Shown here: piece by piece, positions 49,985-62,800 of the stretch | Numbering within the stretch: the first letter of the stretch is position 1 | Layout: each line of letters opens with the position of its first letter | Assembly: GCA_030141605.1 (NCBI GenBank) | Contig: JAQGDQ010000055.1 | Coordinates: forward strand, 310,001-374,000 | DNA from: Tubiluchus corallicola | Lineage: Eukaryota; Animalia; Priapulida | DNA length: 64,000 nt | Direction: 5' to 3' | The notes under the pieces: model-generated | What the model saw: the letters and a program-made list of their open reading frames with translations, nothing else | The model's database searches: none | Told to the model about the DNA's origin: nothing | Position numbers and translations under genes: made by a program

Positions 49985-51718
49985 TTACTCAAAACTGATG
50001 AGATTTTTCGGCGGTTTTGGAAGATACGACTGTGCCGCAGTGGTCAAGTAATGCACCCATTCACTGGACGATGTTACAGCGTCTGCTTTGAACTTGTACA
50101 CATTTCCTTTCACCGGATCAACAAGCTGAAACCCATCATCGGACAGCGGTGTCGCCTTTGTTCCCAACAAAATGACGTCCCAACCAACAACAGAGTGCAT
50201 CTTGCAGGGGTTAGCTTTGAAATCGGATCGGTCATTTCCACGTAGCGTTTTAGCAGGGAAGTAGATGAGTGCAGTTCCCCACAAGGCTAACCAATAACGA
50301 GTCCAAGAGGAAACGGGAGGTTTTCGTCGCTCTTTCATAACCGCTTTCCTTCGCACAATACCCTGACATTTAAAATTAACTTCAGGTAATTCAAACTGTT
50401 CGCTGTCAGCACTGACATCTCTGCTCTCACTACCTCTCAATTCCGAGGTTCTTATGTCCGCCAGTGGACAGCTGATTGATCCTTCTCTTGAAATACAAGG
50501 AGATTCTTCCAAGACCGAGTCATCTAACAAATGCCTGCCACTATCCTGCACCTGAATGCTGCTTAGGCCCTGGACATCGGTCAGCTGTACAACGGAAAAA
50601 TTACCACCTAAACTGCGAGTTTTACGATGGGAGGGAACAATCCTAGGTGAACTACAACTAGCCCTAAATGAATGAGCCTTTGCAGGAGAAGTGGGTAGTG
50701 CTGATATGTCCTCTTTCGACAAGGTCAGGCTACTATTTGAGGTCGGTGTTGATGGCTCTATCGTCAGTGACAGTTTATAGTTATCATCCTCCACAAATTT
50801 CTGCAATTCTTCTATATAACGTACGGATTTTAAATAATTTTGTACGTAAGATAGACATGGCAAACTCTCATATGAAGACTGCTGATAATCAGCAATAACG
50901 CGTAGTATATTGTTCATTAAGCGTTGCCGTTGTTGACTTTCAAGTCCGCCTGCATGAGGATGAGCAACGTCTATATACACAAGATCGGTTAGATATAAGC
51001 CCAAATAGGGTATGATTGGCAATTTAAGTGTACCCATGTAGTCCCGCAATTTCTGCCGATTGTTGCTTTCAGAGAAAAGCTCAGCCAGCTTGTCGAACGT
51101 CGACTTTTCTTTCTTTGACACCAGCGACCACGTTTTGGACAAGCGAAAAATCGGAGCACTCTGCAACGCAGATATCACAGCAAATTCCGCGTGTAGATTA
51201 TTCAGTTCCTGGAGCTTTTTAGCAATTTTAATGAAATGAGAAAGTACATCAGCCCGGTGCTTCAGTGACTGAGCATTGAGTATCTCCTTAACAGTCCAAA
51301 AACTAACGTGATTAAATCTTCTAGTCATAGCTACTATGTTGGGAGTTAGACTATGCTTTTCCTTTGTATTCCAAGCACAGCTCGTTAACTCCTCCGGTTG
51401 AATGGCGTGAAAAGCTGGTAGATCCAATAGAGTAATCTGACTAGCAAAATCTTCCGGCGCCACACGTAGAACATCGAAGACAACTTCATCAAAACTTTTG
51501 GAAGGCTTAGCAACACTACCTGCCCAATCATGGGTGAATCCCCGATCAAGCGAGTCCGACGAACGGGATTTCTCCACTTCGGTGTAACCATGCCGCTTGG
51601 GAATAAATATACGCGAGTCTGACACAGAAGCTTCTTGGAGATCACGTTCACTATCAGAGTAACTCGGATTGTCCATATACTCTTCACCATGAAGGAAAAA
51701 CCTGTTTCTTCGATGCAT
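49985..51718 (-). CDS. RALGPS: Ral GEF with PH domain and SH3-binding motif (RalGPS), 577 aa, intronless CDS
   Basis: CDC25/RasGEF domain (VFDVLRV.PEDFASQITLLD, RRFNHVSFW, LQSAPIFRL, IPYLGLYLTDL), VEDDNYKLSL, Pro/Ser linker, C-terminal PH domain (W..YW.AL.G..L.YF...GNVYKF), and the typical terminus NLISFE. Confidence 0.95.
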   Translation of the reverse strand: MHRRNRFFLHGEEYMDNPSYSDSERDLQEASVSDSRIFIPKRHGYTEVEKSRSSDSLDRGFTHDWAGSVAKPSKSFDEVVFDVLRVAPEDFASQITLLDLPAFHAIQPEELTSCAWNTKEKHSLTPNIVAMTRRFNHVSFWTVKEILNAQSLKHRADVLSHFIKIAKKLQELNNLHAEFAVISALQSAPIFRLSKTWSLVSKKEKSTFDKLAELFSESNNRQKLRDYMGTLKLPIIPYLGLYLTDLVYIDVAHPHAGGLESQQRQRLMNNILRVIADYQQSSYESLPCLSYVQNYLKSVRYIEELQKFVEDDNYKLSLTIEPSTPTSNSSLTLSKEDISALPTSPAKAHSFRASCSSPRIVPSHRKTRSLGGNFSVVQLTDVQGLSSIQVQDSGRHLLDDSVLEESPCISREGSISCPLADIRTSELRGSESRDVSADSEQFELPEVNFKCQGIVRRKAVMKERRKPPVSSWTRYWLALWGTALIYFPAKTLRGNDRSDFKANPCKMHSVVGWDVILLGTKATPLSDDGFQLVDPVKGNVYKFKADAVTSSSEWVHYLTTAAQSYLPKPPKNLISFE

Positions 51719-51830
51719 GGTTATGATAGATCAATTCAACTAATTATTATTTGAGAATCGTTCAAATCTTTCAATAGAATTTCATTGATCATCAGCATAT
51801 GTGTTGAGCAAACCCTGAAACAAAAGAAAA
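51719..51830 (-). other. 5'UTR of the RalGPS coding exon with an upstream splice acceptor
   Basis: The minus strand reads TTTTCTTTTGTTTCAG|GG with AG at 51816-51815, 96 nt before the ATG. The UTR contains a 20-codon uORF (MLMINE...IIS*). Confidence 0.55.
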
Positions 51831-53934
51831 TATTATTTAAATTTTTGTACAATTTGCTAATTAAACTTTATTACTTTATAATATATATTTTTCATTTTAA
51901 TACTTTTGCTTGCCCTTTTAAAATTTTACTACATTCAAGCTTAAACACAATGCACAGCTTTACTGAGTATAAAAGTCATGAGCACGTAATTTACGTAATT
52001 TATTTTATACTATTTTAAAATGACTTATCGTTTTATTGCTTATTGTAAGTTCCGGTTTAAAATACCCGGCAGTTGTAATTTCAAATTTTTATTACACATT
52101 ACAGGTGTGAAATTTATTATAATTTAAACTGCCTATTTTTTGCATCTTTAACCCATTCTATGCTAATTAGTTTTGTAAATTTATTTAACATACTAATGGC
52201 AATAAACACCATTATACAATTTATGCCAGTTTTTTCTAAACATGACTCATGATCAAGAATAATCATTCTTTTCTGCACTTCATGATGACTCACAGTAAAT
52301 AGTTTCTCAATATCAGCTCTTCTTCTATTTTTTCAATGAATCAAAATTCAAAACTATAGTTTGATTTGTGTGCTTGCAAATCACAACCATCCATAAGTCG
52401 GCATATTTAAAACTACGTTATAATGCGTCACGAAAATGTTAAAAGAGTACTAAAAATCTGGTTTTATAACCCTGTACCCACTTCTCTGGCTAGAAATTAG
52501 TATTGCAATTGTAAAAGCTTGTATTTTCAAATTCCGATAGTAGCTCGTGGAAGCAGTCATTTGCTTTGGGTTTTTTCTGTTGCCAAGCCCAGATCTTCAT
52601 CAGGAAGAGCCATCTACGAGATTTAAACATAACTTCAACGGGTTCTTGTAAAGTCCGTAGCAACCGACAATTGTGCAGCTGCTAAGTGTTTTGCTGAAAC
52701 TCGTCAAAAAACAAAGGCTAACTTTAACAGTGATTTTCTCAAGGTTATGATTTTCAGTGAGTGTACTCACCTCAACCTGCACCTCAACTTCAATGTAGAT
52801 TATCTCAGGTTAGAAATAACATAGAGTGATGAACTTGGTATCAAAATGATCCTCATGAAATGAAGATTTAGGATATGTGAATAACTAGAAAAGTTTAATT
52901 GCCGACTTATGAACGATTTGTCATTTTAAACATGAAGCATATATTTGAGCTAGTGCAGCTTTTTGTCTCAGGGTGATGGGTATATAAAAGTGACCTAGAA
53001 AGTCTACTACAAATAACCTAAAAAAAATTTTCAAACTAATATATCATGTAAGATATGATCACCATACAAACATAACCTGCTTGTCTTTTCAAACTCTTAG
53101 AGTGAAAAAAATGCATGATATGCATTGTCATCATTTCATGCATCAACATCATGCTTCACTTCTTCTATCAGTTTCTCAATCCTACTTTAGTCCAGTTTCA
53201 AATCAACATCACAAGATAGGCCTATTCAGTTGACAACTATGAACAACCTCTTCCAAAAACAAACATCATTGAATAATATCAATATATAATACTACAAAGG
53301 TATGGTTATCAATTTAAAAAAGCTTCAAAACATTACAGTCCAAGAGCCGGTGATGAAATAAGCACATGAAATAACATGAGAGCTGTCTGGATGTATAGTA
53401 TTAGCCTAGGCATTCATAAAACTGCCCGTTTTACAAGGAGCTGTTGGAGCGTTTGGGGGTGAGGCACCAAGACGTACCTCCAAAAGGGGCCGAAAAGTGC
53501 ATCATAAAGTAGATGATCAGTTTTATCTACAATTGTAGAGAGTACTCTCCAGAATTAAAAAATACCAAATCTGACAAGAATTACTGGGGCAAAACGAAAT
53601 CTGGCCACTCTGGGCATTGGTCAGAGGGGCCAAAAATTGCATTATAAAGTACATGGTTAGTTTTTCTGCCATAGTGTGGGGGACATTGTACTCTTTCAAA
53701 ATATCCTATCTGATGAGGTTGGCTTGGGCTGACTAAAAATCAGACTGGACTATGGTTATAAAGGGTCAAAAATAGCATAATACTGTGTTTACGTCAAACT
53801 GAAATGAATTTAATATTGCAATAATAAGTGAACACTTTAACTATAACAAAACTGTAATTGTAGAAATCTAACTGTACATGACAAAAATTTTAAACTCAAT
53901 CACAAAATTTTTAATCACAAAAAGCATATTGTTC

Positions 53935-54490
53935 TCAGAATTTGCACACCAATAATTTGATCATCATCAACATCATGATCTCATCATCATCACCATCATT
54001 CTTCTCACTTTTCTCATTCAACTCAATTTCCTCCAAGGAAACAGACACTTGTGGTCCCTCAAACCACTTTAGTGCATACTTATTGCTTTTTACTATCCAG
54101 CCATTGTCCACCAAATTGCATATTAGTGGTTCATCTATTGAGGCATGATTCCATAAGCAACAAATAAAATTTAATCTGAGAATGTTCTGATAAAGTACAG
54201 TTTCACGTGGAGGTAACGTACTCCCATCAATGTCCCTGACTTCGCGAAAGGGCGCATCAGTTTGTGGAGAATACACCTCCACAAATTTCTGTACCCTTGC
54301 ACCATACACACTTGTCAGTTTTTTGTAACTAAACAGTTCGCAAACATATTGTTGTATTGCTTGGACTGTCTTGTTGCTGTTTCGCTAATAACCTAGAGTT
54401 AAAAATTCCACTTCTGCCTGAAATTTTTTCTAGAATGCCCAACTGTCTCACATTGCCTTTACGGGAAAAGACGCCATCCAGTGAAGCTAT
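53935..54490 (-). mobile_element. Academ-like DNA transposon relic (XPG/H3TH-like region and downstream LPP...W...GW domain)
   Basis: Broken frames read FTG..FSRKGNVRQL, IQQYVCELFSYKKLTSV..AR, and LPPRETVLYQNILRLNFICCLW...DNGW...LKWFEG, then an acidic tail. Superfamily assignment is from recall. Confidence 0.5.
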
Positions 54491-55331
54491 GGAAGTGGGC
54501 TAGAAATTTCAGTCATAATAAGTCATGTTTTATCCACAGAATAATGGAATTATTTGAGACAAAACTGGGGGCAAGTACAGTAGTCAAAGCTGTGAATCTC
54601 CTCAAGACAGATTGGAAAACTGTGATGGATAGACAATCATATTACAGTAAACTATTATGTGGCTTAGAGAGTTGCACACCTTAAGGAGTGAATGCACACT
54701 GTTCACTGCTCAAATCTCTCTCAAGTGTAATTTGCATCTAAATCCTGTGTAATCACAAAATTTCTAAAAAATCGGGTACTAGATCAGGGAAAACAACAAC
54801 TCGGGGAAACAATGGGCCTGCCGCGAAATCTAGCTACAAAAACAACATGATACCTCACATGTGCTTTGACTAATATTTTGTTTTTGGCATACACATTTTT
54901 GTCCAGAGCACAATACTGTTTGCAATATGTTGTACACCTTCATCACTGTCGTTCTTAAATCATCTAAGAAAAACTCTTAGGAGGTGTATTAGTATGGCCT
55001 CTGACTCTGACATGCAGCCTGACTCTGTATCTTCTCTTGAACAACACCATGATACTACAAATCTTATTAACTGTTATTAAGTCGCTAGCGGTGGTTCTAT
55101 TTTGCATAGAGACAAATTTTTTTCTAGACCACTACGTGATTTATGTGGACACAATTCTAAATTATTTGTACGATGTTTTCGCACTAATAACAGAGCCCAT
55201 TTCTTCTCTTCTCACGTTGTGAGCCCCGGGAATTCACTTAATAGTGAAACAGTTGATGCATCAAATCTGCCTCAATTTTGCAAATTGTTGAAAACAGACC
55301 ATCAAAAACCGTGTTATGGTTAGATCCCTTA

Positions 55332-56097
55332 AGAGCCGTTTAGACAATTAGTTTTTTCATCAAACTAGTTTGTCAGTTTTAGTTTCACAAACTAGTTTGA
55401 TCGTGTTGACAAACAAAGTTTGATGGCATAAAACCGTCTTGAATTAATCAAACAAAAACTGACAAACTCAGACTCAACAGCCAATAGTGTTGCACTCTCG
55501 TTACATCATATCAATTGCTCATTCCGCGCCGGGACCAGGAAATTTTTTTCATTATTAATCCAGCATGTCATACAATGATCTGCACTGTTGCATGTTGGTT
55601 GATATTGGAATCTGCAGGCTATAAACAGCACTTGGTAATACAAAAGAAATTTTGATTTTGCTGACAATAAAAAAAGAAAATTCTGATTTTGCTGTACTGC
55701 TTTCTACCAATAAACTAAACAATTTGCAACAGTACTATAGGTGTGCTATACAAGTGTTGGTTAGCTAAATTGAACTTCTTGCAATTAATAGTCAAACACC
55801 CAAACGTTTAAATCTTTGAAATCAGGCTGTAACTGCCTCTTTCAATTCTTCGTTGTAGTTTCTTTCATCCAAACTTTTTTTAGCTCCTTCTTTTCCAATT
55901 TCTTCTTTTTCGATCGTACAAGCTAGCCCAATATAGACAACAAAGCATGTCTACGCCATAATTTGACTGACACCCGTTGTTGAATAGTTATTACCAGAGT
56001 TTGACGCAGTGGAATATGATGTCATTTAAACACGAGTCAATTTTTAGACTGACATTTTTTGCTTGACAGTTTAGAAACTGATTGTGCAAAAGGTACA
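55332..56097 (-). mobile_element. PIF/Harbinger-like non-autonomous relic
   Basis: TTA on both sides (55329-55331, 56098-56100), weak TIRs, and a frameshifted KKVWMKE../LQRRIERGSYSLI resembling Harbinger nuclease N-termini. Confidence 0.4.
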
Positions 56098-56489
56098 TTA
56101 GACTTCGCAAGCAAGTTAAGTCTGTATTTGTATTCTAGTCAAATTTAACAATGCTGATATCATATCTCTGTTTTCCTAACAGCTGTGCAAAGTGAGCAAA
56201 AACCCCAGTAAACTGTATCAACACAATGCACACACAGAATTCGCGGTAGATCAAAGAAAAGAGAAAAATATTTCAAAATGACTACCCAACAAAATTAGTA
56301 AGGGTTACGATCTTGTTAATTTAAACTTAAAAGTAACATTACTCGTCATTGTAATAATAGAAAAGACTTTTTGTTGTCTAATCTATTAGCCATCGGGAAA
56401 AATAACGCAATAATCACATACTACACCCACAAAACCATAAAGAAACTTGCAACAACTGTGTCATAAATTCTTTTGCAAAATAAACAGAT

Positions 56490-56590
56490 TTCCGACACCA
56501 CAACACGGGATATCTTTCCGTTATCTGCGCCCTCTTCGCTTCCTGCAGAGTGACGCGGCCGCGCCCGCGATATTAAGCAGGGCACCATAA
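56490..56590. promoter_or_regulatory. CpG-rich island, candidate promoter (possibly RalGPS non-coding exon 1)
   Basis: TGACGCGGCCGCGCCCGCG in an AT-rich background; a minus-strand GTATGT donor-like site lies near 56421. Confidence 0.3.
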
Positions 56591-59379
56591 CACTAGTTTA
56601 CTAGACTAGCACCATTGTTTCAATAATTTTGTTGCAGTTTATGTCTAGGTAGGCTCTGTTTTGGTTTAGAGAATGTAATGGCGAAAAATAAAGTAGTCGC
56701 AAATAAGGAAAAAAATGAAGAGGGGTTGAAGTTTCGTTTTATTTTTATCATGCATCTATATGGTTTCAAAAATTCAGTATTGATTGAAAAATGACTGATA
56801 AACTGATAATATGGAGGCATTCAGCGAACTTATAGCTGGTACAGAAAACAATAAAAAACAAGACTGTGTTAAAATTTCTGAAGATATGTTGTTATTACTG
56901 CTACAGTGCGAGCAAGACTTACTTGGAAAATTTAAGCAATGGGTGCAATAATTCATACAATTTAGACCAGGAAGGTCACTAGAAGTGTAATGGGGTAGCC
57001 TGGCATGTGCGAAAACCACTTTGGGGAAGGCAGTGGTTAATATTTTGGCTAAGACTGACATTTTTGTACAGCATGAAAATGTGGAGCAACACAATTATAC
57101 GTAGTGAACGTTACGTGTTACAGTACTAGTTATGTTTTCAATACCAGTAGTAGGTCCAATACTACAATACGTCGAGCAGAGCAGATCGAGGGATGCCAGA
57201 AGAGATTTGATCCACGAGTTCCCGATTAAGATAATAAGTAATAATAAACATCGTTATGTAAAGTGCCTGGGCTTGTTGTGAATCAGAACAACTAACAAGA
57301 AAATAGTAAATCTATGGAACTACAAACATTTCTAGTTACTGTAATTGTTTTTCAACACAATTATTGAACCCAAGCCAGTCCTAAGGGGTGTACCTCTGGT
57401 GTCCGTGATTCAATGATTCATGGACTCATCATACTGTAATGCAAGTGCATGCAGCCATTCCACCAGTCTATGCTCCATAAACGCAAGATAGATATCCCTC
57501 TACATAATTTGACACCCTATGCAACAATGTATTAGCACCCACCTCTCCTCTACCCCTCTCCTGCGTTCCAATCCCACAGTCCCCTCCCATCCCAAAACTG
57601 AACTTTTGCTGCACCTTAATAGTATAATGGTACGGTGTGTAAGCTTATATATGTAACGTCATGTATTACAGTCTACTAAATAAGTGTAGTGACCTATCTG
57701 CAGCTATACTAAGTGTTGATTAAGTTTAGAATCGCCCGAGAAACATTACTAGTGCGCAGAATGACAAATATCAAATTGAGCTTGCTATTTCAAAATACTA
57801 CAGTAACAAAAAGCACTTAAAAATCTGGGTTTTTCAATACTCCCTCTTTTCTTTCTCTTTCCCACTCTTTGTCTATGCCCTTTACATTCTCTCTCATTTT
57901 TCATTCTAGTACGATGTTTATCATTCTGGGATAAAGATATGTCAATGACCATAGAATGTCGCTATATTCACGCTTGTCGCAAATATCCCCCAGAAAAGAC
58001 TCAGTAGATTATTTCGCTTTGTAGTTCGTCTTGGCTGCTTGCCGATTTTTAAACACATCATTTAAAAAATCATTAAACATTGTGTGGTGACTGTTGTGCT
58101 GTCGTTACTGGCAGTGATACTTCAACAACTGTAACATCATCAGTGAAGCCATACTCAAGGTATGATAAATAATCCTACACAGTAATGTTTAGTTGCGGAG
58201 TTAACGTTAGAGGTCGCACCTATGTTTAAACCTATGAGTGTGAGCAATGGATATGCGCTTGAAGTAACTCCGTTAAGTAATTTATCCTCCACAATTATAC
58301 GTCATACTTTGACTTAAATTAATTTAGGGTCAGTTGGCGACTTGTTAAGTCCTAGTTCTTTGAATAGTCTTATCCCAGAAGGAGTCGGAAATTAACTGCT
58401 GTACAACGGTCAGAATCTAACCAAATCGAACATCCACTGATGTCAGTATCTGACTATTGTGCTGTTATACAACAGTCAGAATCTGATCAACACACAACGA
58501 CCATAGGTCAGAAATTTGAATGACAGCATCTGATCAAAACACCATATCCACAGGCGGCAATACCTGACCATTTTACAATTGAACTTTAGATTTTGGTTGC
58601 TAATCAACCCACGACGAACTGACCAAAATACTACCATCTCACAAGCAACAGTGGCTATTGGCAATGCTAAAAGTTGGATGAGGAATTATCTTTGAAAGGT
58701 TTCGATTTCGGTTTTGATTATGACATTGACCTGTCATAATTTGCTATTATAAACAATTGGCTCTCCTGCTCCATGTATCAGCATAAAATGTGACTCAAAA
58801 GCAGCGTCAGTAGTGTCTGATTCAAATTAAATAATCTTATGATATGAAGCTAACTGTACCTGTGTGCCAAGTAAAGCAAAGTACCAAGAGAGTGATTTCA
58901 ATTTAGTTTTAATGATATTTGCTAATAAAGAAAAAGTGTGATGAATAATGAATTACAAAAAATCTTGCTATTACCGAATAGATAAGTGCGCAATTGTCAA
59001 TAAGCATTGCTTTAATTAGTACAACAGATAATGTCTATTAAACGTTGTCTATTTAATGACAAGCGTGAAATAATTTACTTGAAATTTCCAAAGTTGGACA
59101 ATATGAAATTAGAAACTTTATGTAGTAGTGGACAAGCCAGTAGATTAGGTTCAATAAAAATTATATGGATAATAAAATTCCCACGTACACGTACATGGTG
59201 CATATATATATATGTATTTTGATATACGTATATACACACATGTGGATATATGGAATTCATTTATCCCACAAGTACCTGAGCATATTTCTGCTTTTGTTAC
59301 GTATAAATAATTGTAGTTTATCAGTTACCCGAAAGTAGTACAGCAAAATGGGTTTACTTTAGTTCAAACATACTCGGCT

Positions 59380-59520
59380 ACTCGATACTGTTAGTGTGAA
59401 GGTTGATCAGCCGAAGCGTTTGTCGAGTGGCTCTACCGCGCAGGTATTCAGTCACGTGACCGTGCAACAAAACAGCATTCAACGTGGGGCGGGCTTTGCT
59501 GGTCTGTCGTTCATGTATGA
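59380..59520 (+). promoter_or_regulatory. Candidate promoter with palindromic E-box GTCACGTGAC (59451-59460) and GC box GGGGCGGG (59486-59493)
   Basis: Motifs seen directly, in a locally CpG-rich stretch about 350 bp upstream of the putative exon. Confidence 0.45.
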
Positions 59521-59803
59521 CATGTGTAGTTGGTGTGGATTACACGTATTAATTCGGCCACTAATATTCTATCGATGCCATCGTTTATCAATTAACTTTT
59601 GAGCGGCATTTCAGGGGTTAGTCCAGGTGACAGTCGTACACAACCTGTCTGGGTAAGAACTGTTAAAATTCGAGGTGAAGCGTTCACAGGATAGCGAAGG
59701 CAGCGATTGCCTGCGTGCCAGTCCTGCACACTCATCTAAGCGCGCCTGCATCCAGTTTTTTACAGCTGCCAGCCAAAAAAATACGCAAATTTCCGACGAA
59801 AGA

Positions 59804-59896
59804 ATGACTTCATGTATCAAACAGCAAGCAGACGACGAGGCAGCACTTATCATGAGCCAAAGTATGGACAGTGTTGGCAGCAATCCTGACGAAGAG
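59804..59896 (+). CDS. Probable first coding exon of an unidentified gene (MTSCIKQQADDEAALIMSQSMDSVGSNPDEE)
   Basis: ATG at 59804, open to a phase-0 donor GAG|GTAATT, downstream of a CpG-richer promoter-like segment and followed by AT-rich intron-like DNA. No second exon found in the window. Confidence 0.5.
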
Positions 59897-62800
59897 GTAA
59901 TTTTTGAAAGTATAGCTTAAAATTTGTTTTTATACAGCAAAAATAAAATATGGAAAAGTTTAATTAGTGAGCTATAACAGTTTTCCGTGCATCGGCAGCC
60001 AATCAACGTTAATTGAAGATAATTCTACTCGTTTATGTTTTTTATTGTAAAAGCATTTTTCTGTATAATCTACCTGAAATGTACATTGGAAGGGCTATTA
60101 ATAATTATACATCAACTGTGGGTCTCCAGGGCTATTTCTCAAAACCAGAGATTATGTGAATACTCGTAAAACAGCAGGAGCTGCAGATTCAGCTAATTGA
60201 GCAACAACAGGGCAGTAGCCTAAATGAACTCTAAAGTAAGATCGTCTACAGTTTTGTAAAACTAATTTAGGCTTATAGGGGCCTCTTTTCTTGTGATAAG
60301 CCCTAGCAGTAGCTTGCCAGGGTACAACTGATAATGACTGACCCAGGAAATCTGCTCTGTACGTACGGGGTAGCGAAATTGTTGCAGAGCACAATGAACA
60401 CGTTTTACATGGTGTACCACATATTATCAAAACTGATTCAATGTAATATTTTAATAGTAATAACTCGCTATTAAACTTTCATATTAAGTTTTATGATTAA
60501 GGTGTATTGTGCATGTCTGTGAATAACATGGAAATTAGGATAGGCTTTTAATGACTAACCCTGGAACCGATATGAAGGCATGCGGTAGACAATAAATTAT
60601 AGTGGTTCTCAGTTTGGTTTTGAAGGGGGAATTGGGAACAATGACTAGCAGCACACCACTGGCAATATTGTTGGAATATTGATCTTCTACAAATTACAGT
60701 TCCATAAACTGTAAATAATTCTCACTGTAGATTGTGACAGACACTATTGATTGTGACAGTTCAGTTTATCGACTCAACTTCTCTTCAACTTTCAATAATT
60801 CATTTTCAAATTGCTAATTTGCTAAATTTTAAATTTCTAAAGATCCTGTATAGAAATAATTCAAGCATATTTAGAATGTACTAATACAGAATCAGGCAAT
60901 CTTGGAAAAGGGGGTGAGAACCAGTGACATATGACTAAAAGGGTGTATGGGATAATGAATATATAGCACGAAAAATCTGGTGCAATGTACCTGTTGCAAA
61001 AACCTAGTGTCCCCTGTCCTCTCGAGATTTATTAATGTTGAATTACCTGATGTAAATAGAATTGTGTTATCAGAAATACTGTTAAGGGCTGAAATTTTGA
61101 AACCAGCATTTTAATTACAAGATAAAAAGATACATTTACAGCTTTTGATGCAGGTACTAAAAAATCTGGAATATATGTTAAAATTTTATCCGGTATACAA
61201 TATGCTACATACTGACTGTAAATTCCTTAATCCCTGTTGATGACGCTATACGTGCCAAACTGTATGTTTGCCCCCCTGGTTTACAAATGGAATTACTGTA
61301 GAAGTGATATTAATGAAATACATTTTGTTACTTTTTGGTATTTTTAGATTATTACGCACATCTTGTGAATTCACAAATGTTTAACTGACTCCGAAATACA
61401 GAAATTTTTTTAAGAAATCATTTTACCAGGTAGTATCGTAAACAACATCTTTTAACATTTCATTATGTTATGTGAACTAGGAGTAATTCATTGCAAAAAT
61501 TTTTGGAATACGTTTGATAAAATTTCTGTGTTGAGTGTATTTTTCTTAATTTTTGTCAAACTGGTGTATCATTAAACTCTGTCAATATGCATATATCAAA
61601 AATAAAATCTATTTTATCAACAGTTGACAGAAATTGCTTGTAAACTCTCTACCATTTGTGTAGAATCATGTGTATTTTCTGTGTGATGAATTGTGTAATA
61701 GGTTATAGATATTTCTGTGTGTTCTGCAAGAAAAAGTTTAGGAACCTGTCCATTATATTGGTTTGCAAATTCTCGTAAAAGTCTAAACACCACAAGGGGA
61801 ATTTGTGCAACAACTGGGCATTACAGTTGTTCATTATTTTTAAAACAGTTTAGTGTGATTAAAACAATGCTCAGTATAGGATAAGGCAAAATTGATGGCA
61901 CACTTAAAAAATGCTGAAGTTTTGATATAGTATATAATCAGGTTTCAAGCTTTGAAAGTAAGACCTGCAGACGTCATATTTAGAAAATCTTAAATTTTCA
62001 TAAGATATAACTTTATAGTTTTTTGGCTTTTATTCTAGCTGAAAATGAGTGAAATGGAAAATAATTTTAACTTTTATATTTATTGATTTTTCTCAGATAG
62101 GAATATCAAACAGTAAATAAATTTAATGGAAAAGTGATGTCACATTAAGTCTGGTGTTCTCGCATTATAATATGTGGGAAACTGAAATTCCTAGCCAGTA
62201 CTACTGGGTTAACACCTAGCAAATTTCAGTGATATAACCGTAATTGTAAGTGTTCATTTTCGTAAATCAAGCAATTTTTCTAGCTAATTATTTACAAATT
62301 TGGATAATCTTGCCAACTTTGAAGCTGACTCGGTGTAGTATACAACTAGTAGGACTATAAGCAGTTATTGCAAGACAAGAATGTTAGTGCAGCATGCTTC
62401 GATTTTGTCCTTGGGTGATTTCCTGCCTATTCTTGTGAATCTGAGAAGCTGACTTTGACCCAGCTACTTTTGTTCTAATAGTTTGGTAAATTTATCAAGA
62501 AAACTTAGATACCGGTACTAATTAATCTACTACTGAAGCACAGTTATTCCGGATTTTTTATTTAGACTGCTTAGGGTTCAATTTCACATGTCAAATAAGC
62601 GTTGATGAAAAAAGAGCATACTTCCAACGAAAATCTATTAAGTGGAAATTTGGGCATCTTCATCATTATCAATTAATTAATTATGAATGTTAAATAATAT
62701 AACAATAAGCTATTTGAGGATGCAGTATATTGGAAAATTCTCTTTATGACAGTCATATGTGTTTGCAGCCCTGTTTCCTTTGAACATCTCACTTTTAGCA

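Noticed and set aside
58025-58159. Exon-like segment on the plus strand (TTTGTAG...CAAG|GTATGA)
   Set aside because: No ATG or recognisable peptide; could be a UTR exon but cannot be supported without transcripts.
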